Shown piece after piece: positions 45,475 through 57,189 of a stretch of DNA of 64,000 nt. Position 1 is the first letter of the stretch. Each line of letters opens with the position of its first letter. The notes beneath the pieces were generated by a model that worked only from the letters and a program-made list of their open reading frames with translations, had not been told where the DNA came from and did no database searches. The stretch is from a virus (lineage: Duplodnaviria > Caudoviricetes), in IMG/VR virus record IMGVR_UViG_3300009183_000095, positions 666 to 64,665 of that record; one strand, written 5' to 3'. A program made the position numbers and the translations under genes.

Positions 45475-47592
45475 TTAGAACTGTCCAACAACTTCGGAGA
45501 ATTCAACACCTGTTCTAACAGCTGTAAAGTTCAGCTGGATGTAATTAATAGACTTAGCAGGCTTAATGTAAATATCGCCAACAAATTCATTCCTGTCAAT
45601 TACTTCAGGAGTGTTGTTTGTCTCGTCGCACACGACTTTAAAGTCGTAGATACCACGTCTACCCTGAACATCACGTAGGAATGGTTCTACCAAGTTTCTG
45701 AACTGTGCTCTGGTGAATTCGTCGTTGAATTCAAACATGGTAAACTTAGCGGCTGTAGAGATTGCTTTTTCTAGAACAATGAACAGACGACGCACGTTAA
45801 TACGATCGAATGCAGATGTCTTATTCAACAATGTCTTATCGCCATATAAGATGGTACCTTGACCAGGGAACGTAACAACAGGATTGATACTGTTCTTATA
45901 CAGAACATCTCTTTCACTCTTGTTAGGATTGTAGGCAAGCTTAACCACATTCTTAATAGCGCCTCTGTTGAAGCCAGCAGGTGAGAACCAAGGATCCCTT
46001 GTATCATCTGTTCGAACACATAGACCGGCAACATCACCGTTCAATGGAATGTATCGATACAAGTCGTTGTATTTGTCGTACTGATATTTGTAACCGGAAT
46101 CTAGTACGGCATAAGAGGTTGGAGTTACAGCATTTCTAAATGTAACTACCTTATCTACTTCATCTGCTGCAGCATTTAAGACTACTGCTTCTTTATACGG
46201 TGATATAAAAGCAACGCAATCTTTTCTTGTTTCGCAAATATTGTCGATAATGTAATTAGCTACTTGTGTGTTAGATGTGCCGCCTCTTGCTTTACCAGCA
46301 AGAATTAACGAAATATCTACACTCTCAGAAGACTTGAAGAAGTCATAACCTGAAGTTAGTTCGGTAACTGGAATAGAACCTTCGTCAGACCCATCTGAAC
46401 CACCAACAAAAGATTGTGATAGTGGTAAGTTGTTAGCTTGACTTGCCATATAAACAGCAGTGTTAGTATAACCAGATGCTCTGTTTACGTTGTAGTACAC
46501 ATACTTGGATGTAGAGTTAATAACATCCTTAATATGAAGTGAAGCTCCATCTTCGGTCTTTGCATCAGTTGCTCTTGAAAGCCCTTGATAGGCTTCTAGA
46601 ATTGTACCTGGAACACCAGTAAACTGTCCGTCTTCATCCTCAACAACCACGTGCACCTGATCGACAGCTGCAGAGTTACCAAAGTTTTGAACATAAGGTG
46701 AAGTACCTGGTGCTGCATCTACGTTAAGTGCATACTCCCAATAACGTTTTAGATAACCAGCAGATGTAGTTAGAACGTTAGCAACAGAAATGTTACCGTA
46801 ATCAGAAAGTGTAAACTTGCTCTCAACGTTTACAGTTACGTATGCGTGAGTAGAGTTTGTAGTAGTTGTTCCAATAGATGAAACTTTAACCAGCTTAGTG
46901 CCGATAGAGGTATTACCTAGTTCGATCAAGTCACCAACAGTTAGCAAGTCTCTTAGAGTATTAACTCTAGTAGTAGCTTCACTTAAAATACCGGTTGATG
47001 AATTAGCAACTTTAAGAGTTACTGTATTGGCACCAGTATTAGCAACAATACTTGTTAGCTGACCGTTAGAGCTTAAATTAGCATTACCTCCGGTTAGCGA
47101 GGTATTTGAAAAATATGTGTTTGGAGTATCACAAACAGATATCTTTAACGAATTACCTAGTGCGCCTGGGTAGCGAGCAATGTAGCGAACGTTAGTTTCA
47201 CCACCGATAGCTGATTGTACAGTAGAGTCGTCAATCTGATCATCATTTTTGATAATTAAGCTTGAATTTGTGGTAACTGCACCTACGTTTGCATAAGCAG
47301 AAAGTACACCAGTGACACCAGTGGCGTCAGCAGTGTTTGCCGCTCTAACTACATATAGCTTGTTACCATATGATAGAAAGTTGGCGGCAGTAAAGAATGT
47401 TTCAGGGTTTAAATTGGTAGGCTTACCAAAACGCTGAACTAGTGTTGATTCAGAATCGATTAGAATACGCTTGTCGATAGGTCCCCAACGAAACACGCCG
47501 GCAAAGGCGCCTTCAGTTGTAGAAACCGCAGGAACAACCGTAGTCAAGTCAATTTCAGTTATATTTACGCCTGGACTAACTTGAAATGGCAT
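45475..47592 (-). CDS. gp18: tail sheath protein (gp18)
   Basis: FQVSPGV...EIDLT, PWFSPAG.NRG, FDRINVRRLF, IKPAKSINYI.LNF. Confidence 0.98.
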   Translation of the reverse strand: MPFQVSPGVNITEIDLTTVVPAVSTTEGAFAGVFRWGPIDKRILIDSESTLVQRFGKPTNLNPETFFTAANFLSYGNKLYVVRAANTADATGVTGVLSAYANVGAVTTNSSLIIKNDDQIDDSTVQSAIGGETNVRYIARYPGALGNSLKISVCDTPNTYFSNTSLTGGNANLSSNGQLTSIVANTGANTVTLKVANSSTGILSEATTRVNTLRDLLTVGDLIELGNTSIGTKLVKVSSIGTTTTNSTHAYVTVNVESKFTLSDYGNISVANVLTTSAGYLKRYWEYALNVDAAPGTSPYVQNFGNSAAVDQVHVVVEDEDGQFTGVPGTILEAYQGLSRATDAKTEDGASLHIKDVINSTSKYVYYNVNRASGYTNTAVYMASQANNLPLSQSFVGGSDGSDEGSIPVTELTSGYDFFKSSESVDISLILAGKARGGTSNTQVANYIIDNICETRKDCVAFISPYKEAVVLNAAADEVDKVVTFRNAVTPTSYAVLDSGYKYQYDKYNDLYRYIPLNGDVAGLCVRTDDTRDPWFSPAGFNRGAIKNVVKLAYNPNKSERDVLYKNSINPVVTFPGQGTILYGDKTLLNKTSAFDRINVRRLFIVLEKAISTAAKFTMFEFNDEFTRAQFRNLVEPFLRDVQGRRGIYDFKVVCDETNNTPEVIDRNEFVGDIYIKPAKSINYIQLNFTAVRTGVEFSEVVGQF

Positions 47593-47642
47593 TTTTTTCT
47601 CCCTTCAGAGGTTTTAATCATTACAGTAAGACTGTCTTATTC

Positions 47643-47650
47643 TATTTATA
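47643..47650 (-). promoter_or_regulatory. T4-type late promoter (gp18)
   Basis: Exact TATAAATA. Confidence 0.85.
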
Positions 47651-47664
47651 AATCTAAGGATTTA

Positions 47665-49329
47665 TTATTTTTGCATCCAATTTTCGATAGATTCACCGAC
47701 TAAATCGGTTATTCTTTCTTGACGATGATAAGGATCCATTAATTTTTCAATATCAATTGGATCAATTACATCAGAATTATCGTTATAGATGCCAAAAGGT
47801 GTCAGTTCATCTTCGAGTCTCTGTATGTTTTCTTCTTGAAATAGTTTTCTAATATCCGTTGCCATCAATTCTCTAAAATAACCTTGGTCTACTAACCACG
47901 AGAATATAACGCAACACATGACCAAATCGTCATTACCCTCTTCGGCTTCGTACGATGGCCCCTTGGCTACAAATCTAAACATCTCCTGTAAAGTTTCGTA
48001 GTCATTAATAATCAGCTTATCATTCTCAATCAATGATTTAAAATTAGAGCATCCAAGCTTTTTAACTGTCTTAGTAGTTCTAACTCCAGCATGTGCCCCG
48101 CTCCCAAACCCCGAGCTTATGATTACGCCTTTGGTTTGACTTGTAGCGGTAAATAGCATTTGTTCATATTCAAGATCATGATATAATATATCGGCTACCT
48201 GCTGTCCTACATCGTTAGTTTCAACCAATACAATTGAATTATTGTAATGCTTGGCTACCTGTCTGATGACTGCTGGGTAGTTTAATGGATCAATAGTTTT
48301 ATTTCGATATGTAAATACGTCTTTAAATGGATACTCGGTCACATCAAATATCTTGAATGCAGAGTAATCTCCATCTTTACCTCTTGCCGTATCTACTGCT
48401 GTTACATAAAATCTATCGGGTTCCGGCTCCTCATAAACCTTGTAATTCTCGTCTGCCTTAAGTGGATCATTATAAGACAGTTGTCTTAATTTTGTTCCTG
48501 AAATAAGGGTGGCTGACGATCCTAAAAATTCACATTCAAACTCCTGTCTAAATTGCTCTTCAGAAGTATTTCTAATGGTTTCTTCTTTCCAGGCTTGATC
48601 TCTACCTGGAACATCAGACCAATGTACATCAATTCTCTTATAACTGTTTCTTCCCTTCTCACTATCATTCCACAATTTGTAAAATAAGTTGAGTCCATTA
48701 GGGGTTGATGTTATAATAACTTTGGTGGTTTCACCTGATGATATAGTTGGATATACAGATGAAAAGAAACTACTCTGTATATTAGACGGAACGAACGCAA
48801 ATTCATCTAGGTAAATTAAGTTCTGAGACGTACCACGGATGGCAGAAGAAGCGGTTGAGCTTGCTTGGATCTCAGATCCATTTTCCAGTTTAATATTACC
48901 TTTATTCCATTCTACAATACCCTGCTGCAGCCATTTTGGTAAATGTTCATACGCAAGTTGTATTCTAGAAAGGATCTCTACTGCCTGAGCCTCTTTGTTA
49001 GCAAGAATCGCTATTGAGTACTGTTCATTGAACAACACACTCCACAACATAAACCCGACCACGGTTGTAGTTTTACCAACCTGTCGAGGCATTTTACAAA
49101 TAGTAAAGCGCTCTCTATAGAAGGTACTAAGCATATCCTTTTGAAAGGAGTATGGCTCAAATGGTACCAATCCTCTATCAACGTGAACAATCTTAACATA
49201 ATTTTCAATAAAGTATACCGGATCTCTGGCACACCTAATATATTCTTTGACTTGTTCAGGTGTCCATTCTATCTGGACATCACTTCGTTTTAGATTCCTG
49301 TTACCAAGGTACGTATCATTTTTGCTCAT
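47665..49329 (-). CDS. gp17: terminase large subunit (gp17)
   Basis: PRQVGKTT, IYLDEFAF, STPNG, FRQEFECEF, DDLVM. Confidence 0.98.
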   Translation of the reverse strand: MSKNDTYLGNRNLKRSDVQIEWTPEQVKEYIRCARDPVYFIENYVKIVHVDRGLVPFEPYSFQKDMLSTFYRERFTICKMPRQVGKTTTVVGFMLWSVLFNEQYSIAILANKEAQAVEILSRIQLAYEHLPKWLQQGIVEWNKGNIKLENGSEIQASSTASSAIRGTSQNLIYLDEFAFVPSNIQSSFFSSVYPTISSGETTKVIITSTPNGLNLFYKLWNDSEKGRNSYKRIDVHWSDVPGRDQAWKEETIRNTSEEQFRQEFECEFLGSSATLISGTKLRQLSYNDPLKADENYKVYEEPEPDRFYVTAVDTARGKDGDYSAFKIFDVTEYPFKDVFTYRNKTIDPLNYPAVIRQVAKHYNNSIVLVETNDVGQQVADILYHDLEYEQMLFTATSQTKGVIISSGFGSGAHAGVRTTKTVKKLGCSNFKSLIENDKLIINDYETLQEMFRFVAKGPSYEAEEGNDDLVMCCVIFSWLVDQGYFRELMATDIRKLFQEENIQRLEDELTPFGIYNDNSDVIDPIDIEKLMDPYHRQERITDLVGESIENWMQK

Positions 49330-49690
49330 TCTGTCGTTTTAAGAATTGTTGTAATTCGGTAGTACTACCAACAAATAAGTTGTTATTGATAGTTTTTGGT
49401 TGATGTGGATCACTGGCTTCAATATCTTTTTGCTTTTTCTTTAATTCAAGCAAATCTTTATTTATTTCAGCCATGTTTTTGATAAGAGTGGCAGCCACTT
49501 CGTAAGCACGAGGATGTTGTGACATGCCAGCCACATCTAATATACCGTTGAGTGCTTCGTTGCCTTTCTCTATGATGTTAATCATATTGCCGCGAGCATA
49601 CTCGTAATCATTTGGAGTTTTTTCCAAAATAACTTCTGTCTTCTTATCCGGTAACGGCATTAAATCTAATGCCTGATCAATTTGTTTCAT
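49316..49690 (-). CDS. gp16: terminase small subunit (gp16)
   Basis: DYEYAR.N, HPRAYEV, NNNLFVGST.ELQ. Confidence 0.93.
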   Translation of the reverse strand: MKQIDQALDLMPLPDKKTEVILEKTPNDYEYARGNMINIIEKGNEALNGILDVAGMSQHPRAYEVAATLIKNMAEINKDLLELKKKQKDIEASDPHQPKTINNNLFVGSTTELQQFLKRQNEQK

Positions 49691-50502
49691 ACACTACTCC
49701 TGGTTATCACATAATCCCAATCAGTATTAGAGGCAATTGTAGATCTATCAACAGTTAGAGAGGCATTGGTAGTAGCAGTACCGTTAGCCAATTGACCTGG
49801 ATAAACTGTAACGTTTTCTTCTGGAAGGGATGTTATATCTGTAGTTGAATAGAAGTTAGTGTTGGCAAGAGTAATAATACCAGATCTGGTAATTGGACCA
49901 AATAAGTAAGTCTTCATAGTGAAGTCTAAAGTCCAAATTATTATTCTTCTTTCGTCAGCAGCACCTTCATAATTATCTTGTACCGTTACGTTATTAATAA
50001 TGGTAGGAATATCTAAAGCGAGATTTATTTCAGGAATCAATTGAACGGTAGCTGTCCATTCAGGAGAAAAATAAGGAAGAATTTGTTCAACAATTCTTGT
50101 TCCATCTTCAGCATTTCTTACCATAATATTCAATGAAAATCCAATATTGTATGGTACTGGATTATATACGTAGCGATTTTGTGTTGCTGGATCATCACCA
50201 GTAGTAGTTGCTTTTACTCTAAACTTATTAACGGTAGGCAATTTACGCTGAGGGTCGTATTGTAGTGATGTCATCTCAAATGACATTCTAGGTAATATTA
50301 CTGCAACCGGTCTTGTTAAAGAGGGGTCAGCTACTACTCTTGAAAGAGTCTTCTCTTTCGGTCCGTAAGTAATAGGAACCTTAACTGTCTGCACCTCAAC
50401 CCCGCTACTATCGTCTCTAGTAATAAAGATATCGTTAAACAAAGTACCAAAAAGAATTACATTTTTTCTTAATGTCTTATGATAGAAGGTATGTCCAAAC
50501 AT
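49687..50502 (-). CDS. gp15: tail sheath stabiliser / head-tail joining protein (gp15)
   Basis: FYH..LRK....FGTLFN, LPRMSFE, PVPYN, EQILPYF.P. Confidence 0.95.
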   Translation of the reverse strand: MFGHTFYHKTLRKNVILFGTLFNDIFITRDDSSGVEVQTVKVPITYGPKEKTLSRVVADPSLTRPVAVILPRMSFEMTSLQYDPQRKLPTVNKFRVKATTTGDDPATQNRYVYNPVPYNIGFSLNIMVRNAEDGTRIVEQILPYFSPEWTATVQLIPEINLALDIPTIINNVTVQDNYEGAADERRIIIWTLDFTMKTYLFGPITRSGIITLANTNFYSTTDITSLPEENVTVYPGQLANGTATTNASLTVDRSTIASNTDWDYVITRSSV

Positions 50503-51233
50503 TAGAACGTACCCCCTTCACTGAAAGGATCTATTTCACTAAAATCCATAAATTCATCTGATTCAGTTTCTATTTCATCATTATCTGCGGTTGGGTCCAT
50601 TAAATTCTCATCAAAGTTTTCATTAAGCAATCTAGACCCGTCCTCTAATAGTATAGAGTAGGGATTACTATCTTCAGTATAGATACCAAAGTTAGTAGAG
50701 GTAAGATTAAAGTTTCTGTAGATATTATCAATAGCTGTAATACCAGTATTGAATTGTTGACCACTGTATTCGAATAATTCACATACTAGATCAAAGGTCT
50801 GTAGTGAACCTAATTGATAGAATATTGCTTCATGCTCAACAAATTTAATCTCATAAAGCTTGTTATTGATTGGAAAGAATATTAAATCACCTTCATTAGG
50901 TCTTACCAGTCTAGCGCTCGCTCCTACTTCGTCGTGGAATACTCTTCTGGATATAGTGAAGGTAATTCTATCTCTTATTTCAAGATTAAATTTAGTTAAT
51001 AGATCTCCATCCCCCTCAAACCCTTGTACATTTTTAATGTACATTTCAACAAAGAACGGTTTATTGTATTGAGCTAGAGGATCTTCTCCGTAAATACCAT
51101 CGTATGCCACCAGTGTCTTAGGCATATAATACATGTCCATGCCGTACATCCTAATAGACTCAATTATTAAATTTTCTATTAATAATTGTTCTTGGCTGGA
51201 CTGGTAGTTGTTGAAGAAGACATTTGTTGGCAT
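50502..51233 (-). CDS. gp14: neck protein (gp14)
   Basis: EQ.LIE.L..ESI..YG, RPNEGDLI.FP, FVEHE..FYQLG, DFSE.DPF. Confidence 0.95.
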   Translation of the reverse strand: MPTNVFFNNYQSSQEQLLIENLIIESIRMYGMDMYYMPKTLVAYDGIYGEDPLAQYNKPFFVEMYIKNVQGFEGDGDLLTKFNLEIRDRITFTISRRVFHDEVGASARLVRPNEGDLIFFPINNKLYEIKFVEHEAIFYQLGSLQTFDLVCELFEYSGQQFNTGITAIDNIYRNFNLTSTNFGIYTEDSNPYSILLEDGSRLLNENFDENLMDPTADNDEIETESDEFMDFSEIDPFSEGGTF

Positions 51234-51234
51234 G

Positions 51235-51978
51235 TTATCCTATCATATCCATTGCTGGAAGAGAAAGATTAGTAACCATTTGATATTCCATCTCTTTAAT
51301 CTCAGCATCTGCTTCTTCGTATATTTTTTGCCCGTTAAATTGAACACCACCTGGTAATTGTAGACCTTCAAACTTTTTCAAGTTATTACCCCACTGCCTT
51401 TTAATAAGAGCGGTACAGTAATTACCTAACCAACGATCACCCCAGGCGTCGTTGTAAATATCCGGATCTACTACTTGATATGCTTCTACTACTACAAATT
51501 GCCCGGTTTCAATCTTATCCATATCCATATCTAACCACAACTGGTTTCTATGTCTATTGTATCTGATAGGATTTTGACCAACCAGCATTTCTTGCACCAT
51601 ACCTAAATGCTGCATAACCATGTAATAAGGTACCATGGATACTGATGTTAGAGTGTATAAATCGTTTAACGCTATTTGATAACGAATATTAAATAGATCT
51701 TGAGTGCCAACTGTAACATCACCAATTGGAAAAATACGAACAGCCCCTATAATGTTTTGGGGTAGTGTAATGTATTTGTTTGCTTTATCAGTATCGGTCA
51801 TTTGATACTTGTAGTAGATTCTTTCGGAACCATCAAAGTGATAATCCCAATAGTATTTAAGAGCTTCGTCGATGCGATCATCTACTTGATCATCATCGAC
51901 GTTAATCTCTATAACTGGTTTGCCTAGTTTTCTAAGGCAATATTCTTTAAATTCGTCGCGAGAGGTTGGAATGGCCAT
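51235..51978 (-). CDS. gp13: neck protein (gp13)
   Basis: YCLRKLGKPVIEINVDDDQ, KRQWG.NL.KF.G.QLPGG. Confidence 0.96.
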   Translation of the reverse strand: MAIPTSRDEFKEYCLRKLGKPVIEINVDDDQVDDRIDEALKYYWDYHFDGSERIYYKYQMTDTDKANKYITLPQNIIGAVRIFPIGDVTVGTQDLFNIRYQIALNDLYTLTSVSMVPYYMVMQHLGMVQEMLVGQNPIRYNRHRNQLWLDMDMDKIETGQFVVVEAYQVVDPDIYNDAWGDRWLGNYCTALIKRQWGNNLKKFEGLQLPGGVQFNGQKIYEEADAEIKEMEYQMVTNLSLPAMDMIG

Positions 51979-52005
51979 ACTAACTCCTTTTAAGAGTATT
52001 TATGG
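51974..52005 (-). promoter_or_regulatory. late-promoter-like CATAAATA overlapping an imperfect hairpin over the gp13 SD and ATG
   Basis: CCATA-AAT-ACTC-TTAAAAG-GAGT-TAG-TATGG on the minus strand. Confidence 0.45.
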
Positions 52006-52016
52006 TATCGCGATTA

Positions 52017-52421
52017 TTAAGGTTTAGCCGGCCAGTTCAATTCGAACGGGTCTTGGCCGGACTGTGGTAGGTCCCTTAATGCTTGAATATATGTTAAAAC
52101 AGGGGTAATGTTTTCTGACGGAGTAGCGTTAATTGCCACTTGTTGATTATATCGATCAACTCTCCAAAGAACTTCTTGCATTCTCTTTTCGCGCTCAACC
52201 CTTATTTCTCTCCACTTTAATTCATTATCCAGATACCATTGTTTGCTTTCAAAATTCCAAGAATGGTAGTCTGAAGGTCTCATTGGTACAGATGGGTCTT
52301 CATACCTTCTTGGAGATCCTTGATAGTATTCTAAAGTGACCGAATCTACATACGTCTGCATTGTAACTACAGACGAATTCTGTTGTATGAATTGACTAAT
52401 TTGTGATGGTAGATCTGCCAT
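52017..52421 (-). CDS. tail fibre assembly chaperone-like protein
   Basis: W..IR.ER, Y.QALRDLPQ....P....WP.KP C-terminus; follows the fibre gene. Confidence 0.8.
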   Translation of the reverse strand: MADLPSQISQFIQQNSSVVTMQTYVDSVTLEYYQGSPRRYEDPSVPMRPSDYHSWNFESKQWYLDNELKWREIRVEREKRMQEVLWRVDRYNQQVAINATPSENITPVLTYIQALRDLPQSGQDPFELNWPAKP

Positions 52422-52422
52422 T

Positions 52423-55400
52423 TTAGTATCCTGTCATTGTTGGAAGTAACACGATTCTGTAGAAGTTGTTTTGAGTCAACGAACCTACCGTAAACGAGTT
52501 AGCAGTAAACGTTGTTAGTGCTGTAGTAGTATGGGAAACGTTACCGGTTGCACCATAGAACGCACCGTAGTTAATTACCCATCCTGCCATAGGTGTCCAT
52601 GGTAAGTATAAGTTCTTAGTTACAGAGGTTGCAGCAGCTTTAAATACTCCAGAATCGTATACAGCGTTAAATGTTGCTGGCTTCCAGTTTCTAACAGTGC
52701 TCATACCACCTAGAGTAATTTCACCTAAGCTATGGTATTGAGAGTTAGATCCAGGTCTGTAATATGTTTTTATTAAACCGTTTATATTACTACTATATTG
52801 ATTTGGTAAATTAAATCCAGTTCCTGTACCATTATTAAATCTTACATCTGGAGACATTACTACCCCGGCATTCCAAGAAGAATCATACACGCTACTAGAA
52901 ATGTAAGTATTAACAAAATGGTATTGATCGGCATATGCCCAGCCCTGTTGTGCATGAGCATATGCATTACCTTGTAGTGCTTCACCGTTCACATACAAAG
53001 ATGGTGCTATTGTATATGTGGTGTTAGTTGCAATAGTATTGATTGTATTCTGGCTCAATGTAACAGTAGCGCCACCACCATTAGTTCTAGAAATAGAAGT
53101 AATGTACATATATTGGCCGTTAGTTGCATTACTAGAAACAAGACCGGTGCCAGTCAAGGTATAGTTTCTACGTAATCTTCTAATTGCTTGATTGTTAGTT
53201 GTATTAGAAGCAATTGTCATTGTTGTAGAGTTATTAGCGAACGTAGCACCCAATGTAAAGTTCGGGAAGCCAGTTGCGTCTAATGCTGTATACATCAATA
53301 GGGTATTACCAGCCAAGTTAGCAGAAATTTCATGACCTGTTGGGCAGTAAATTCTAAACTTAGATAGCGGTTGGAATGTCATGGTAATGTTATTTCCAAG
53401 CGCGGAGGCATTTGCGGTACTCTCAGTGTACATAGAATACAACGTAGTAGTCGTGTCACCAACATTGAAGTAGCAGAAAGTAGCTGCTGGAATACCAGTA
53501 CCTGTTACATAGTAATAACCTGGTGCATGGGCCCATGAGGCTGTTGGGAATACAGTATTACCAGAATATAGGTACATTGTAGAATTGCTCGCCAATGTAT
53601 TGGCTGTACGGGTAAACGATGCACCGCTGTTAGCTGGGTTAGAGTATTCAATACTGTAAATATGGGAACCAATTGGTATACCGTTACCTTGAACACCAGT
53701 TCCTACCGGAACCCATTGCATACCGTTTGCACTGTAAGTATAGCAGTTAACAATAGATGAAGCAAACGTAGGTGAGGCTGGATTATCGTAGTTAGAGTTA
53801 GAAGCAAATACAGGGGTAATAGTTAATGCATTGTTAACCATATGCTTATGAGCAACGTATGGTCCCCCTTCTACCTCTATTGTTCCAACGAACCCGTTAA
53901 GGGCAGATGCTGTAGTGCTTAATGCACCTAAAGTAAGGGTTGTAAGTGAATTCATGCCTGCAGCAACAGTACCACCGTAGTTCCAAACCGGTATACCGTC
54001 TATAGTCATAGAGGTAGAATTGAATGGATTTTGAGGGTTATGAGAAACAACTAATTCATGTTCTGCTTCATCACCAAAATCGATAATATTTGGTGGTTGG
54101 AATGCACTTAATAGATCCCAGGTAGAACCAGTAGATGACAAATAAACAGTAAGTCGTCTATCACCTGCATTAGTAGTATTAGCTAATGCACCGTATTGTA
54201 TGTAGATACCTGAAGTACCACCGGAGACTGACGCCAGCGTACGGATAGCTTGCACAGCACTGTTAACATAGTTCTTGTTAATATCACTGATACGGAATCT
54301 AAATCTTGTTGACCATGGACGACCCAAGACAGATCTTGAACCATAAATTTCATAACCGGCTGGAATAGCGGCGGTTGCATTCATATGGTTAAAGTGGAAT
54401 CTGTTAGAGTAATAATGAGGTGAATTATTAGGAGCAGCAACTACCCCTACACCTCTCATCATAATATCAGATACTTGAGAGTTAGCATCGCTGCCAGTAT
54501 AAGACCAACCACCTGCAGCTAATGCAGCTGCAGCACCGGTGATAACTTGGTCTCTAAGCTTCCAAGGAGTTTGTATAATGTTAGGAGTTAAACTGTTAGT
54601 ATTAGCCAGGTAATCGTAGTAACCTGCATTATGCATGTTGGGCAAGTATACTGATAGATCGGAAGTATTAGCTGACTTAATAAACAAGTTAGCCATACCA
54701 CCTTCAGTACCTATTACAGTCCAAGAGCCTGTACCGTCTACAGAATAAGGAGTAAATTTATATGGTAATGCAAATGTTCCAGTACCCGACCTTGTAGATC
54801 TCTTACCTACGTGTCTAATATATGTTGCTGTTGCATCTGTAGGTGCAGTTCCTTCATAATATAACTGGAACGGTTGTTTGTGATTAATTAAAATAAATCC
54901 AAACGTATTGTATAGAGGTGTAAAGAAGGAATTAGAAAAATAGTTGGCAGGTAATTGATATGGAGGAGTATTAATAGGTGCATATCTACCTCTCAAGACA
55001 TCATAGCTTGGTTCAGTGTTACCTTTAACAGAGTATACAAGGTTGGCAGACCCGGCTACCGATAGGTAGAATACTCGAGAAGAGCCTGAGTTTGGACGGG
55101 CAAAGTTAGTTGGGGTTACTACGTATGGCGAACCTATAGTACCAGCACCAGAAATAGTACATACAGTATTTGGATAATGATTAGTTTTTACCCATCCATC
55201 AGTATATGGACCAGCAAAGTCTAAATAGGTACCGGAAGTATTAGCAGCTAATTGAGATGCCCATGTAAAGCCATATTGAGATATATCAATTAAATAAGCA
55301 TTACTATTGGCATCATTAGTCATTGCGTAGAAAGAAGATATTACTGTATTAGTAGACTCCCCTACAGCATCAGTAGCGCCATCTTTTGTATATGCTAATT

Positions 55401-57186
55401 CAATTAAACCTGACCAGTTAGTAAATGTAACGTGGTTGTTAAGTGAGTTGAAAGTACCGGACTGACTAAACAAAGACTGAGCTACAGAACTGCTCAAACC
55501 ATTTGGCTGTGAATTCCATACCCCGTAGGTGGTGAATCTATCTCTTATGTCTTGCAATACTATATTAGCATCAGGTGAATGATCAATAATTAATTCATCT
55601 TCGGTATGTCTATATAGACTGTTAGTAGTATCATATAGTAAATAATACTTTTTAAACCAATTATGTCCCCAGTAATCGTTGGTGATTAAGGCACTAACGT
55701 ATGAGTTAGCGCCGCTGCCAGATGGAAGCACTGGTAATGCATTTTGGTTAGTATAGTCTATACCGTTGAATGAGTTACCTTGGGCTTGTACACCTGGGTA
55801 AATACCCTCAGTTGGGAACGGTACACTATTAGCTTTAAAGTTACCAAGATATAGATCAGCAGATTGATTGTATAGGTATCTTGCTGAACCTTGAACTGCA
55901 TCACCTTTTTGGCCTTGAGAGCCGGTACTACCAGTGGCGCCAACCTCACCTTTTTGACCTTTGTCGCCTTTGGAACCAGCAGATGAAAGATATACAACAG
56001 CGTTGTTAGTGGCAGCTACACCAGTATTAGATACTAATGTAGCACTGAAGGTTTGGAATGGAACAGGTGCAGCAGTGTTAGTAACTGCTGCACCGGTAGG
56101 AACATATACAGCATAGTTAGTAGCATTAGAGTACACAGTCATTGGCAAACCGTTGCCTGCCAGATATGAAATATAAGTGTTTTCAGACGTTAGAGAAGAA
56201 TTACTTGAAATATAAACGTTACCGCCACTGTAGGAAAAGACAACGTTAGAATAAACTACATTTCCTTGTTGTATTAATACTTCATCTAGATACCATTTTT
56301 GGTATTGTATATAAGGGTTTGAACCGATACCTTGGAAGTTTTGAACCAAAGTAAAGTAATTGGTATTACCAGAAGAAGGTATAAAGGTGTTATCTATTAC
56401 TGAGTTGGTCCAAGCCCCAGCCGACAAGCTTAAGCTGCCTAAAAGACTAACTGCGGATGAATTAACGGAGTATACACGTACAGGGTAAGTATTGGTCCAA
56501 TCGGAGTTAGCTCCTGCCAAAATATTCAGTCTAAGTAATGTATTTGATCCAAAGGTAGATGAGTTAAGGTTCTTAGAAACTATAGACCTTAAAACATAAT
56601 AATTACTTGTGTAAAATCCAGAATCGTAGTAAACATAACCATTAGAAAATCCAATATATGTACCGTCTGAACCAGCGGGAGCAGTAATGTTAGTATTAGA
56701 TAGGTACCCATATGAGTTTGAAACGTACCCAGCATTGTAAGATTGTATGCTATAACTACTAGTCCAAGATGACCCAGTAGTAGTATTCTGCCATGCACTT
56801 ACAAAGTTGGCACTATTTGCGCCATTATTCATATCATCATTTAAGGCAGTTACAAGAGTTGTAAATCCAATAGCTTGCGTAGCAGTAATAGGGAAGACAT
56901 TTGCATATGTTCTGGCAGTAATTTGACCTACTAAACCAGAGCCTGCAGGTCCAGTGGCACCGGTCGATCCAGTCGATCCTGTATCCCCTTTAGCCCCCGT
57001 CGATCCTGTATCACCTTTATCCCCCTTAGTTCCAGCGCCAACTTCACCTTTGGCACCTGTCGAGCCGGTACTACCAGTGGCGCCAACCTCACCTTTAAGG
57101 CCTTTGTCGCCAAGTTCACCTTTTTGGCCTTTTTCGCCTTTAGGGATGTTGTTTTGAATTAAATCTGTTAAATTTATAGTTGCCAT
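52423..57186 (-). CDS. long tail fibre / receptor-binding protein with collagen-like segments
   Basis: Two Gly-X-Y tracts, N/S/T-rich beta domains, adjacent chaperone gene. Confidence 0.8.
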   Translation of the reverse strand: MATINLTDLIQNNIPKGEKGQKGELGDKGLKGEVGATGSTGSTGAKGEVGAGTKGDKGDTGSTGAKGDTGSTGSTGATGPAGSGLVGQITARTYANVFPITATQAIGFTTLVTALNDDMNNGANSANFVSAWQNTTTGSSWTSSYSIQSYNAGYVSNSYGYLSNTNITAPAGSDGTYIGFSNGYVYYDSGFYTSNYYVLRSIVSKNLNSSTFGSNTLLRLNILAGANSDWTNTYPVRVYSVNSSAVSLLGSLSLSAGAWTNSVIDNTFIPSSGNTNYFTLVQNFQGIGSNPYIQYQKWYLDEVLIQQGNVVYSNVVFSYSGGNVYISSNSSLTSENTYISYLAGNGLPMTVYSNATNYAVYVPTGAAVTNTAAPVPFQTFSATLVSNTGVAATNNAVVYLSSAGSKGDKGQKGEVGATGSTGSQGQKGDAVQGSARYLYNQSADLYLGNFKANSVPFPTEGIYPGVQAQGNSFNGIDYTNQNALPVLPSGSGANSYVSALITNDYWGHNWFKKYYLLYDTTNSLYRHTEDELIIDHSPDANIVLQDIRDRFTTYGVWNSQPNGLSSSVAQSLFSQSGTFNSLNNHVTFTNWSGLIELAYTKDGATDAVGESTNTVISSFYAMTNDANSNAYLIDISQYGFTWASQLAANTSGTYLDFAGPYTDGWVKTNHYPNTVCTISGAGTIGSPYVVTPTNFARPNSGSSRVFYLSVAGSANLVYSVKGNTEPSYDVLRGRYAPINTPPYQLPANYFSNSFFTPLYNTFGFILINHKQPFQLYYEGTAPTDATATYIRHVGKRSTRSGTGTFALPYKFTPYSVDGTGSWTVIGTEGGMANLFIKSANTSDLSVYLPNMHNAGYYDYLANTNSLTPNIIQTPWKLRDQVITGAAAALAAGGWSYTGSDANSQVSDIMMRGVGVVAAPNNSPHYYSNRFHFNHMNATAAIPAGYEIYGSRSVLGRPWSTRFRFRISDINKNYVNSAVQAIRTLASVSGGTSGIYIQYGALANTTNAGDRRLTVYLSSTGSTWDLLSAFQPPNIIDFGDEAEHELVVSHNPQNPFNSTSMTIDGIPVWNYGGTVAAGMNSLTTLTLGALSTTASALNGFVGTIEVEGGPYVAHKHMVNNALTITPVFASNSNYDNPASPTFASSIVNCYTYSANGMQWVPVGTGVQGNGIPIGSHIYSIEYSNPANSGASFTRTANTLASNSTMYLYSGNTVFPTASWAHAPGYYYVTGTGIPAATFCYFNVGDTTTTLYSMYTESTANASALGNNITMTFQPLSKFRIYCPTGHEISANLAGNTLLMYTALDATGFPNFTLGATFANNSTTMTIASNTTNNQAIRRLRRNYTLTGTGLVSSNATNGQYMYITSISRTNGGGATVTLSQNTINTIATNTTYTIAPSLYVNGEALQGNAYAHAQQGWAYADQYHFVNTYISSSVYDSSWNAGVVMSPDVRFNNGTGTGFNLPNQYSSNINGLIKTYYRPGSNSQYHSLGEITLGGMSTVRNWKPATFNAVYDSGVFKAAATSVTKNLYLPWTPMAGWVINYGAFYGATGNVSHTTTALTTFTANSFTVGSLTQNNFYRIVLLPTMTGY
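55919..55953. repeat. 35-bp exact direct repeat, copy 1
   Basis: gagccggtactaccagtggcgccaacctcaccttt, identical to 57062-57096. Confidence 0.9.
57062..57096. repeat. 35-bp exact direct repeat, copy 2
   Basis: Identical to 55919-55953; encodes [11 protein letters not shown] in the collagen tract. Confidence 0.9.
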
Positions 57187-57189
57187 ATA

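Noticed and set aside
9248-49329. Inteins or introns in gp41, gp43, uvsW, gp46 or gp17
   Set aside because: All have normal lengths and uninterrupted motifs.
56940-57140. CRISPR-like or minisatellite array
   Set aside because: The repeats are in-frame Gly-X-Y collagen codons without unique spacers.
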